DNA of 32,000 bases, from the NCBI GenBank assembly GCA_037444445.1, contig JBBIMK010000005.1, positions 61,837 to 93,836 of the forward strand, written 5' to 3'. Below, piece after piece: positions 24,637 to 32,000 of the stretch. Each line of letters opens with the position of its first letter. The first letter of the stretch is position 1. The notes under the pieces were generated by a model, which worked only from the letters and a program-made list of their open reading frames with translations, was not told where the DNA came from and made no database searches. The DNA is from a bacterium (lineage in GTDB: Bacteria; UBP7; UBA6624; JBBIMK01). Both the position numbers and the translations under genes were made by a program.

Positions 24637-27577
24637 AACTTTCTTCAGCAATCTGGATGCACTGAAGGAAATCCTGGGTAAGGAAAGCCCTTTAAGTCTC
24701 AAGGAAATTATCTCCCGGATCCAGAAAAAATATCTGCTGGATGAAAGTCAGGAGGTGATTAAGAGTGATTTCGTTCTCCCCGTGCTGAAGAAGCAGGATT
24801 ACTTTACCTGTGTAGAAGATGAAACAGAAGATGGAAAATGGTCTCTGGAGTATAAAAAACTTCCGGAGCATCAATGCGCCCTAAAAATCCTTCGTGCAGA
24901 AGGAAAGGTCATTCCGTCCAGGGTCTTGAGAGAAAGAATTGCTGAAAGTCTTCGCCTGCCGTTGAAGCGAGTTTTTTTCTTTCCTGAAAAAGACCCGGAG
25001 ACATTCAAGAAATTTTCCTTCCCGCTGAAGGTGGAAGAGGGAGAGTGCTGGGTTCCCAGGGACTGGCGGCTCATCAACGACGAAGCGGTGGAGATTCTGA
25101 GAAGGGAAAAGACCCCGCTGAATACCCGGGAAATAGAGGAAAAGGTGCGTGCCCACTATAAACTGGCTGAGCCGGTTCTCATCTTTGAACCCCGATGGGA
25201 TGACCGATTTGAGGCGCACAAGAGAAAATGGGTTCTTCGGGAAGAGCGAGAGGAGGTGATAGAGAAAAAGGCTACTTCCTGGGTTGTGGAAGTCACCCTG
25301 AAAGAAAAGGTCATTCAGGCGCTGGAGGAAATTCTTGAGAAAATGAAGCACCGCTCTCAGCCTTTCTCCCTCAATGATTTAACTCAGTCTTTACTCGGGA
25401 AAGAAGCCCAGGGTGTGAAAGATACCCTGTATTTTTCACTTCTGAGAGAATGCCTTCAAGCGAAAGAAGCCCGGGGCGAACTGGTCCGGGTCAGAGGGCA
25501 TCGGGAAACCTTCTCGCTTCGTGCTGCCTGGCGGTTGTCGGAAGACATTCCTTCCGCCGTGTTTACCCTGCCGATACGAGAGGAGCCTTTTGAGCCGAAA
25601 CCTTTTGAAATCTTGAGCGATAGGGGTTTGGACCCCGAAATGGTTGCTATCCTAAAAAACCCATACGATTATTTTTACGACGGCGATTATGAGGAGCACC
25701 AATTCCCTCCCTCCGGTTTCTGCATCTTCATCACTTATCATGAAATGCTCACGGGAATCGTTGCTCTTTCAGCCCCTGGAAAAGCCTTTCTAAAAAAGGA
25801 ATTGGGCTTATTCTTTGAGGGTTCTTCGGGGGAGAGACCCCACTCACCCGAAACCGGTCCCGTGGCAGAACTGGAGGTGCGTATTCCCGACGGGACAAAC
25901 CTCAACATTTTTATCCACCTGGGCACGGGGTTGGTCTTCGGCCTGGAAGATTTTATCAGCCGTTACTCCGAGCCCGGGGCCTGCTATCGCGTGGAAGTCA
26001 CAGGCCCTTACCAGTTATCTCTGACACCGGAAGTTACACCCAGTCTATCCGAAATCTCCATCATCACTGGAGAAGAAATTGAGCGGCTGGATGAAATGAT
26101 TCCACGACTACCGGAACTTTCTTTATTCCAGGTGATGGTGGAGATTCTGTCCCAGTACAAAGAGGGTTTGACCGTGATGGACCTGTACCATCGGGTGCAG
26201 TATCTACGGCGAACCAGCCGACGCCACCTTTTCAGCCTCCTGTGCCAGCACTATGCTTTCCAGAAGAAGGACCAGAAATGGAAAATTATGCCTGAACGAG
26301 TTGCCTGGGAGAAGAGGAAATCCCTTCTGGTTCATGCCCGGGAATTTCTCGCCAGCCAGTCTTTTTCCTTTTCCTTCGCGGGTCCGAAAATCCCACTTCG
26401 GGAAAAAGAAGATGGGTGGACGCTTACGCTGAGAGGAATCAAAATCCTGCCCCGACCCCGGGATTACATCCTCCTGTTTTCCCGACATGATGAGGCTTAT
26501 GTGGGAAGTTTCTTTGCTTCCTCCGTTCATCGCATCAACGACGCAGAAGTCATCATAGAGACCCCTGCGCTGGAGTTGTGGGAAGTGAAAGTCCCCCTGG
26601 AGAAGGGCTGGAAAGTGGGATTGGAACGAACTTCTCTGTATCCTCTCCGCACCACCATGCTTTCAAAACTGCTGGAAACTTTTGACCGTCTTTCCTATGC
26701 TTACTGGGTGAAGAAAACCCTGACACGTTCCTTTCGTTTCGTGGAGATGACCCCGGCGCTCACGCAGAAATCTAAAGATGAAATCCAGGAATTGAAAGGG
26801 TATCTGGAAGAGGAACAAAGCCCGTTTCTTGCCCTGAAAGGGATTTCCTGGCAACTTCAGATGACGCCAACTTATGAGGAGTTTAACAAAATTCTGGAGG
26901 AAAAACATTATTCTCGTGGAGAACGAACCCGTCTGAAACCCTGGGAAATGCAAGAGGCTGTATTGAGTCTTGAACTTTCTTTCCCTCAGCGTCTTCTCTT
27001 CTTCCCTCTGGGGGAGGGAGAGTGGGCCCTGTCCATTCTGGAGGACTTTAAAAAGCAACTGATAGAAGGGGGCTACGGTGTAGAGGAAGAGGGAGTGAAA
27101 TTCTTCCTGTCAGGGCAGGAAGAGATTCTGCCCTGGGAAAAGATAGTCTCGGACCGGCGGAGAGTGGAAAAAATTCGCATGCGAGAAGACGACTTGAATA
27201 CGGATGAAGCGTTGAATGCTTTACTGGAGCGATATACTCTGGGGGTGGAACCTCGCCGTTCCCTTTTCCTGATTGCCAGCCTAAGCCTCCGATTCAAGGG
27301 CTTCGGCAGCCTTCCGTTGATGAACAAACGGGTGGAAGATTTCCTGCGGGATTCTCCCGGGCCGGATGAACTGGAAAGGAATGGCTTTGACCGCATAATC
27401 GGCGACCTGCGCAATCTATCGCATAAAGAGGTTCGGAATATCCTCACAGGCATACCTTCCTTTCTTCGTGCCGGTGGGCTTGCGTCCTTCTTCATCCACA
27501 CAGATGTTAAAGGGCTGGCGGTGGATTCTGAAAAGGTTTTATCCGACGCCGTGAAACTGGTCTTCCTCCGACGATGA
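24617..27577 (+). CDS. Large uncharacterised protein (986 aa) with several winged-helix (HARE-HTH-like) modules
   Basis: I chose the start at ATG 24617 (MPRPLRK...), with AGGAGG 10 nt upstream. The track start at 24509 lies inside glxK. There is no Walker A motif and no catalytic motif I recognise. A module recurs of the form: helix, P(L/F)(S/N/T)xx(E/D)(I/L), helix, then a W-containing hairpin. Confidence 0.8.
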   Translation: MPRPLRKTFFSNLDALKEILGKESPLSLKEIISRIQKKYLLDESQEVIKSDFVLPVLKKQDYFTCVEDETEDGKWSLEYKKLPEHQCALKILRAEGKVIPSRVLRERIAESLRLPLKRVFFFPEKDPETFKKFSFPLKVEEGECWVPRDWRLINDEAVEILRREKTPLNTREIEEKVRAHYKLAEPVLIFEPRWDDRFEAHKRKWVLREEREEVIEKKATSWVVEVTLKEKVIQALEEILEKMKHRSQPFSLNDLTQSLLGKEAQGVKDTLYFSLLRECLQAKEARGELVRVRGHRETFSLRAAWRLSEDIPSAVFTLPIREEPFEPKPFEILSDRGLDPEMVAILKNPYDYFYDGDYEEHQFPPSGFCIFITYHEMLTGIVALSAPGKAFLKKELGLFFEGSSGERPHSPETGPVAELEVRIPDGTNLNIFIHLGTGLVFGLEDFISRYSEPGACYRVEVTGPYQLSLTPEVTPSLSEISIITGEEIERLDEMIPRLPELSLFQVMVEILSQYKEGLTVMDLYHRVQYLRRTSRRHLFSLLCQHYAFQKKDQKWKIMPERVAWEKRKSLLVHAREFLASQSFSFSFAGPKIPLREKEDGWTLTLRGIKILPRPRDYILLFSRHDEAYVGSFFASSVHRINDAEVIIETPALELWEVKVPLEKGWKVGLERTSLYPLRTTMLSKLLETFDRLSYAYWVKKTLTRSFRFVEMTPALTQKSKDEIQELKGYLEEEQSPFLALKGISWQLQMTPTYEEFNKILEEKHYSRGERTRLKPWEMQEAVLSLELSFPQRLLFFPLGEGEWALSILEDFKKQLIEGGYGVEEEGVKFFLSGQEEILPWEKIVSDRRRVEKIRMREDDLNTDEALNALLERYTLGVEPRRSLFLIASLSLRFKGFGSLPLMNKRVEDFLRDSPGPDELERNGFDRIIGDLRNLSHKEVRNILTGIPSFLRAGGLASFFIHTDVKGLAVDSEKVLSDAVKLVFLRR

Positions 27578-30258
27578 ATCTCTCCCTTTTTCTGATTGTG
27601 CTTCTTCTTCTGGTGGCTGTGGGAGTAGGCGGCTTCTGGGCTCATCGCAGGCAAATTCGTCGTTTGAAGTCTTACTTCCGTTCCAGCCTTTTGAACCTGC
27701 AAGAAGGGAAGCCCATCCCGGAAGAGCCTCTCCTGAAAGAGATTCAACCCACCCTGCTCCAATTATTCCAGCAAAGCCAGGAACTGGCACAAAACCAACA
27801 GAATTTGGAAAGAAAGAACGCTCATCTCCAGGCAAACCAGTTATTTCTGAGGACTCTCCTGGAACTCATGAACTGGCAGGGTCCCAGAGCTGAACTTCAG
27901 GAGACCCTTGTGCACCTTCTGCTGGATGTTCTTCAAGTGGAGCAAGTGCTGTTCTTTGACTATGTTCCAAGTATAAAAGGTTTTCATTTTGCATGCCAGG
28001 CGGGAAAACCTGGCGTCGTGCCACCTTCTCTTCAATTAAGCCCGGATGAACATCCCTTCTTCCTGCGGAGAATTTTTACATCCCGAGCCTCCATCGCGCT
28101 TCAGCCAGATGACCCTGAAGCGGGTTTCCTTTTATCAGCAGTGAAAACAAATCGGGGGTTCTTGAGCCTGCTCCGACGGGAAGGCTCCCTCTACGGGCTC
28201 CTGCTCATCACTATTACCGCAGAGGATTCTGCTACCCTTCAGAAAATCCAGGAAATGTTTGACGACTATACGAAAATCATTACACTCCTGCTGGAAAATC
28301 ATGCAGTGCGGGAGGAAAGTCAGAGGCATATTAAGGACCTGGAACTGGTTCATCAGATTAATCTGCAAATCAGTTCCATTCTGGAATTTTCGAATATCCT
28401 CACAACCTCAGTTGAACAGGTAGCCCGGGCTCTGGAATCCGATGTGGCTATGATTGAATTAGTGGAAAACGATGAAATCCATCTCAGGGCTTCTTCAGGA
28501 ATTTCCCTGGAAGAAGTGAAAGGGATGTCTCGGATGAAAATCGGCGAGAGTTTGTCGGGATGGGTAGCGGCGGCAGGAACTCCCCTGGCGGTAGAGAACA
28601 TTGAACTGGACCCCCGGTTCAAATTCAAAGGACAAGCCCGGGCCCTGGGCCTCACTTCCTACTGTGGTGTGCCGCTGATTATTACGGGAAAACTGATTGG
28701 TGTTCTTTCCGTTCTAAACCGGCAACCCCGAATCTATTCGCCCCGAGAAATTGACCTTCTAAATACCATCGCTGGCTCCCTGGGTGTGTTCTTAGAGCAG
28801 GCGACTCTCTACCAGCAGCTGCAGGATAAACTCCAGGAATTGGAAAGCGTTCACCAACAACTGAAAGCCCATGATAAAGAAATCCTTCATCTCAACCAGC
28901 AGTTGCAAGCCCTCCAACAATTCCAGCAGGAACTGGTCCACTCTCTCCCCCGGGCACTACTCAATCCCTTAACTATCATCAAAGGAACCGCTTCCATCTT
29001 CCAGACTGGCTTACAACAGACAGAGAAAGAGAAGGAGATTTTTTTCACCTTTCTGAATACACAGGTAGATGCTATGGTGGATTTCCTATCTCAACTCTCC
29101 GACTTTCTTCTGATTCAATCCGGTCAATTTGCTTTGTATCCAGAAACCCAATCATTAAAGGCTTTTCTTGAAACTCTTTTCGTGCCGTATCACGCTCTGG
29201 GGCAGGCAAAATTTAACACTTTTCAAACGCAAATCTTCGCAGAAGGAGAACAAGCGGTATTTGACCCTCGGCGTCTTCGTCTTATCTTCCGAGGCGTCCT
29301 TGGAAGAGCGTTTAGTAAGTCTAAAACTGGTGACACCATCTTTTTGCAAGCCCGCGCTGGACCCCTGGAAAAACTTCCATTCTCGCCACCCGTAAAACTA
29401 TCTCCGGGAGAGTATTTATGGGTTACACTTCAGATGATTTCCGCAGAAGGGGTTCACAGAAAACCCTCGGAAGTGTTTGACACTCTAACGAAAGAGATTG
29501 AACCCATTCCCGGCAAGCCGGAAGCATTCGCCCGGGGATTTGAGGATTTCTTGACGCGGTATTTCATCTCTGCTCATGGTGGAACCTTATGGGTGGAAGA
29601 TGGAAAGATAGATGAACCGAAAATCCATTTCACTGTTTCCATTTCCCCTACCCCTTATATCACGACTGCGGAGAAAGGGTTGGTTCCTTACACCCGCCCA
29701 CTCGGTATCCGTTCCATCCTCCTTTTCCAGAAAGGATGGGATATTCAGCCCTGGCTGACCCTTCTCCAGAAGCATGTTCCATCCATTCTACGGGCAGAAA
29801 ATTCTATGGAAGCACAAGAGATTTTAAAAAAAGAGGAGCCCGATTGCTTGTTTGTTCCCGCAGCTATTTCGGGCGATATACTTCATCTCCAGGAGGAAAT
29901 CGTAAAGGGGAGTGGAGTTTCACAGAGTGTGCCCTGTGTCGTGGCTCCCCGGGACCCTCCCACGACTCCCGCTTCTACCCCACTCTATCTCCTCGTCTTG
30001 CATACTCTACGGGATAGATTTCATCCGCAGCCCGCACACTGGGAAATCGTGTATATAGATACGCTGGAGGCTCTGCGGAAGGCGACACAAATGGAGATGA
30101 AATATCATTCTATATGCCTGTTTGATTTTCCTCTGTTGACGGAAGTATATGAAACACTGGTGAACCTGCAGGGGCAAGGGTGTTTTTTGATTCTTTCGCC
30201 GAGGGAAAAGTTGCCCCTGATCCTGGATTGTCTTCACAGAGTTCTCATCGCACCATGA
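27574..30258 (+). CDS. Membrane-anchored GAF-GAF-DHp protein with degenerate HATPase and receiver-like regions (histidine-kinase-like pseudokinase)
   Basis: 894 aa. N-terminal TM LFLIVLLLLVAVGVGGFW. Clear GAF at about aa 262-412 (GESLSGWVAAAGTPLAVENIELDPRF ... YCGVPLIITGKLIGVLSVLN). Coiled coil, then an H-box-like ELVHSLPRALLNPLTIIKG. The N/G1/G2 box positions read RGVLGRAFSKS / MISAEG / ARGFED. The ATG overlaps the upstream stop (ATGA). Confidence 0.8.
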   Translation: MNLSLFLIVLLLLVAVGVGGFWAHRRQIRRLKSYFRSSLLNLQEGKPIPEEPLLKEIQPTLLQLFQQSQELAQNQQNLERKNAHLQANQLFLRTLLELMNWQGPRAELQETLVHLLLDVLQVEQVLFFDYVPSIKGFHFACQAGKPGVVPPSLQLSPDEHPFFLRRIFTSRASIALQPDDPEAGFLLSAVKTNRGFLSLLRREGSLYGLLLITITAEDSATLQKIQEMFDDYTKIITLLLENHAVREESQRHIKDLELVHQINLQISSILEFSNILTTSVEQVARALESDVAMIELVENDEIHLRASSGISLEEVKGMSRMKIGESLSGWVAAAGTPLAVENIELDPRFKFKGQARALGLTSYCGVPLIITGKLIGVLSVLNRQPRIYSPREIDLLNTIAGSLGVFLEQATLYQQLQDKLQELESVHQQLKAHDKEILHLNQQLQALQQFQQELVHSLPRALLNPLTIIKGTASIFQTGLQQTEKEKEIFFTFLNTQVDAMVDFLSQLSDFLLIQSGQFALYPETQSLKAFLETLFVPYHALGQAKFNTFQTQIFAEGEQAVFDPRRLRLIFRGVLGRAFSKSKTGDTIFLQARAGPLEKLPFSPPVKLSPGEYLWVTLQMISAEGVHRKPSEVFDTLTKEIEPIPGKPEAFARGFEDFLTRYFISAHGGTLWVEDGKIDEPKIHFTVSISPTPYITTAEKGLVPYTRPLGIRSILLFQKGWDIQPWLTLLQKHVPSILRAENSMEAQEILKKEEPDCLFVPAAISGDILHLQEEIVKGSGVSQSVPCVVAPRDPPTTPASTPLYLLVLHTLRDRFHPQPAHWEIVYIDTLEALRKATQMEMKYHSICLFDFPLLTEVYETLVNLQGQGCFLILSPREKLPLILDCLHRVLIAP

Positions 30259-30854
30259 GTGCGTCTGCCATCTCCTTTTTATTCTTTCTCGGCGCCTTCT
30301 TTCTCGGGTCCATTCCCTCTGGTTATCTCATCACACAGGCCTGGAAAGGGGTGGATGTGCGAACCGTAGGAAGCGGAAATATTGGATTTACCAATGTGGT
30401 TCGGGCAGCGGGTTGGACACCAGGGCTCCTCACGCTCTTGCTGGACTTCTCCAAAGGTTTCTTTCCCGTGTGGCTTGCCAGTCGGTGGACTCCAAATTTA
30501 AATTTACTGCTTTGTATCGGTGCCTTTAGCCTCATCGGGCATCTGTTCACTCCCTGGCTACATTTTAAGGGCGGGAAAGGAATTGCCACTGGATTTGGCG
30601 TCACTACCGCTATTTTCCGGTGGTATATCCTCTTTCCTCTGGCGATTTTTCTCCTGTTATTCCTGACCACACGCATCGTTTCCATCTCTTCCCTATCCGC
30701 CAGTTTATCCCTTCTCGTCCTGATGTTTTTCTTACCTGACTTTCGCCAGCAACCGGTAGCGATACTGCTGGTTTTCGTGATGGTGGCACTCATCTTTTAT
30801 CGCCACCAGGAAAATATCCAGCGATTTTTGAAGGGTGAGGAAAGACGGATATGA
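30255..30854 (+). CDS. plsY: Glycerol-3-phosphate acyltransferase PlsY
   Basis: I chose the start at ATG 30255 (MSASAISFLFFLGAFFLGSIPSGY), which overlaps the upstream stop (ATGA). Motifs: GSGNIGFTNV, HFKGGKGIATGFG. Confidence 0.92.
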   Translation: MSASAISFLFFLGAFFLGSIPSGYLITQAWKGVDVRTVGSGNIGFTNVVRAAGWTPGLLTLLLDFSKGFFPVWLASRWTPNLNLLLCIGAFSLIGHLFTPWLHFKGGKGIATGFGVTTAIFRWYILFPLAIFLLLFLTTRIVSISSLSASLSLLVLMFFLPDFRQQPVAILLVFVMVALIFYRHQENIQRFLKGEERRI

Positions 30855-31834
30855 AAGCAGGAATCATCGGGAGTGGCGCCTGGGGCACTGTCCTGGCTCA
30901 TCTTCTTGCCACTCAGAAGCACTCCGTTACCTGGTGGGTTCGGGAAGAGGATGTGTGTGAAAGCGTGAGGGAAGAGCATGAGAATTTTTTGTTCTTTCCA
31001 GACTTTTCAGTGAATCCTGACATAGAAGTCACGACAGACCCTTCCCTGCTTTCATCAGCAGAAGTTTTCCTTTTTGCTGTGCCATCCCCGTTTGCACGCA
31101 CCATCTTAAGACAATTCTCTGGAGTGCTATCTTCTCGGGTTCCTTTCATCTCCGCCACCAAGGGAGTAGAAGCCTCTCCATTCAAACGCATCAGCGAGGT
31201 GATAGAAGAAGAGATCCCCGGGTTAAAAATCGGGGTGCTCTCGGGCCCCAATCTTTCCAGGGAGGTAGCCAGAGGCGACCCATCTGCCACCGTCATCGCT
31301 TCCTCTCACGAGGAGGTTCTTCAACTGGGTCAGTCCTTGTTTGCGGGTTCCAACCTTCGGGTCTACACCTCTCAGGATGTCATCGGGGTGGAAATCGGCG
31401 GCTCCTTCAAAAACATCATTGCTATCGCCTCCGGTATGGCCACCGGGCTGGGATATGGAGCCAACACCCTGGGAGCCCTCCTTGCACGAGGACTGGCAGA
31501 AATGAAACGGGTGGGTGCTTGCCTCGGCGCTCTGTCAGAAACCTTCTCCGGCCTGGCGGGCGTCGGCGACCTGGTCACCACCTGCGCAAGCCCTTTAAGC
31601 CGAAACTATACCCTGGGCTTCCGCCTGGCACAGCAAGAACCATTAGAAAAAATCCTCTCCCATTCCCCCCATATAGCGGAAGGTGTCCCCACCACGAAAG
31701 CCTATTACACCCTCGCCCTGGAAAATAATCTGGACCTTCCCATCACCCGTGAGGTCTATCAAATCCTCTTTGAGAAGAAGGACCCAAAATCTGTCGTCCA
31801 ATCCCTGATGTCCCGCCCCCTCAAACCCGAATAG
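30851..31834 (+). CDS. gpsA: NAD(P)H-dependent glycerol-3-phosphate dehydrogenase
   Basis: 327 aa. Motifs: MKAGIIGSGAWGT, ISATKGVE, LSGPNLSREVA, GGSFKNIIAIASG, GDLVTTCASPLSRNY. The ATG overlaps the plsY stop (ATGA). Confidence 0.95.
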   Translation: MKAGIIGSGAWGTVLAHLLATQKHSVTWWVREEDVCESVREEHENFLFFPDFSVNPDIEVTTDPSLLSSAEVFLFAVPSPFARTILRQFSGVLSSRVPFISATKGVEASPFKRISEVIEEEIPGLKIGVLSGPNLSREVARGDPSATVIASSHEEVLQLGQSLFAGSNLRVYTSQDVIGVEIGGSFKNIIAIASGMATGLGYGANTLGALLARGLAEMKRVGACLGALSETFSGLAGVGDLVTTCASPLSRNYTLGFRLAQQEPLEKILSHSPHIAEGVPTTKAYYTLALENNLDLPITREVYQILFEKKDPKSVVQSLMSRPLKPE

Positions 31835-31916
31835 CCCCGCCTGTATTTACCCCTTTACTGAAGCCCGGGCAATATAGTGAGAACCCAAAAGGATGTCAAA
31901 ATCAGGTTTCTCTTTC

Positions 31917-31952
31917 CGCAGATGGAACCCGCTTTGTCATCTGCGACTTTTT
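31917..31952 (+). terminator. Rho-independent terminator after gpsA
   Basis: A perfect 8-bp stem, CGCAGATG (31917-31924) paired with CATCTGCG (31938-31945), with a 13-nt loop. It is followed by ACTTTTTG (T-run 31948-31952). It lies 83 nt downstream of the gpsA stop codon. Confidence 0.6.
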
Positions 31953-32000
31953 GAGTCAATAGATCCTGACCAGGTGATACAAAACATCGTTCCTGTTGAA
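31946..32000 (-). repeat. Copy 2 of the 55-nt inverted repeat (partner at 20646-20700); may extend past the window edge
   Basis: Direct comparison: 31946-32000 equals the reverse complement of 20646-20700 except at 31984. The window ends inside or at the end of the match, so the true length is unknown. Confidence 0.9.

Noticed and set aside
27073-27762. A 229-aa minus-strand ORF spanning the junction of the two giant genes. Similar antisense ORFs occur at 19953-20501, 5743-6255, 6435-6968 and 9806-10297.
   Set aside because: All are antisense to ORFs with clear motifs or clear repeat structure. Their translations are Arg/Ser/Pro-rich and featureless. I treat them as shadow ORFs.
20646-32000. 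The inverted repeats as terminal inverted repeats of a transposon or IS element.
   Set aside because: There is no transposase, integrase or recombinase between or next to the repeats within the window. The enclosed genes include core housekeeping functions (tRNA-Pro, plsY, gpsA). I did not see a flanking target-site duplication on the visible sides.

Overview
This is a gene-dense bacterial chromosomal window. It shows GGAGG-type ribosome-binding sites, sigma70-like TTGACA/TATAAT promoters, and a bacterial-type tRNA-Pro with C1:G72 and A73. GC looks roughly balanced by eye, and I cannot assign a taxon from sequence alone.

Gene layout, left to right:
- (+) PilZ-like fragment, glyA, folK.
- (-) A hybrid GAF/PAS histidine kinase.
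- (-) nnr-alr.
- A 440-nt non-coding gap.
- (-) ridA-gltX-xdhC-like-BNR propeller operon.
- (+) MFS transporter coupled to a CPBP-like protein.
- (-) A small YHS protein.
- (+) An IDH3-like isocitrate dehydrogenase.
- A cluster of three exported repeat proteins: a ~15 x 32-aa alpha-solenoid, a 13 x GNDxY repeat protein and a 6 x EF-hand protein.
- tRNA-Pro(CGG) with a consensus promoter.
- A long (+) gene train: PepSY-like protein, M23 peptidase, bactofilin, small membrane protein, glycerate kinase, a 986-aa unknown protein, an 894-aa membrane GAF pseudokinase, plsY and gpsA. Many of its junctions have overlapping stop/start codons.

I saw no CRISPR array, transposase, integrase or recognisable defence genes.

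The most interesting items are:
1. The coupled 986-aa and 894-aa pair of unknown function.
2. A 55-nt inverted repeat (54/55 identical) at 20646-20700 and at the window end (31946-32000), bracketing the whole 11.2-kb gene train.
3. The exported, calcium-themed repeat-protein cluster.

All functional calls come from motif recognition in the supplied translations. No database search was run.
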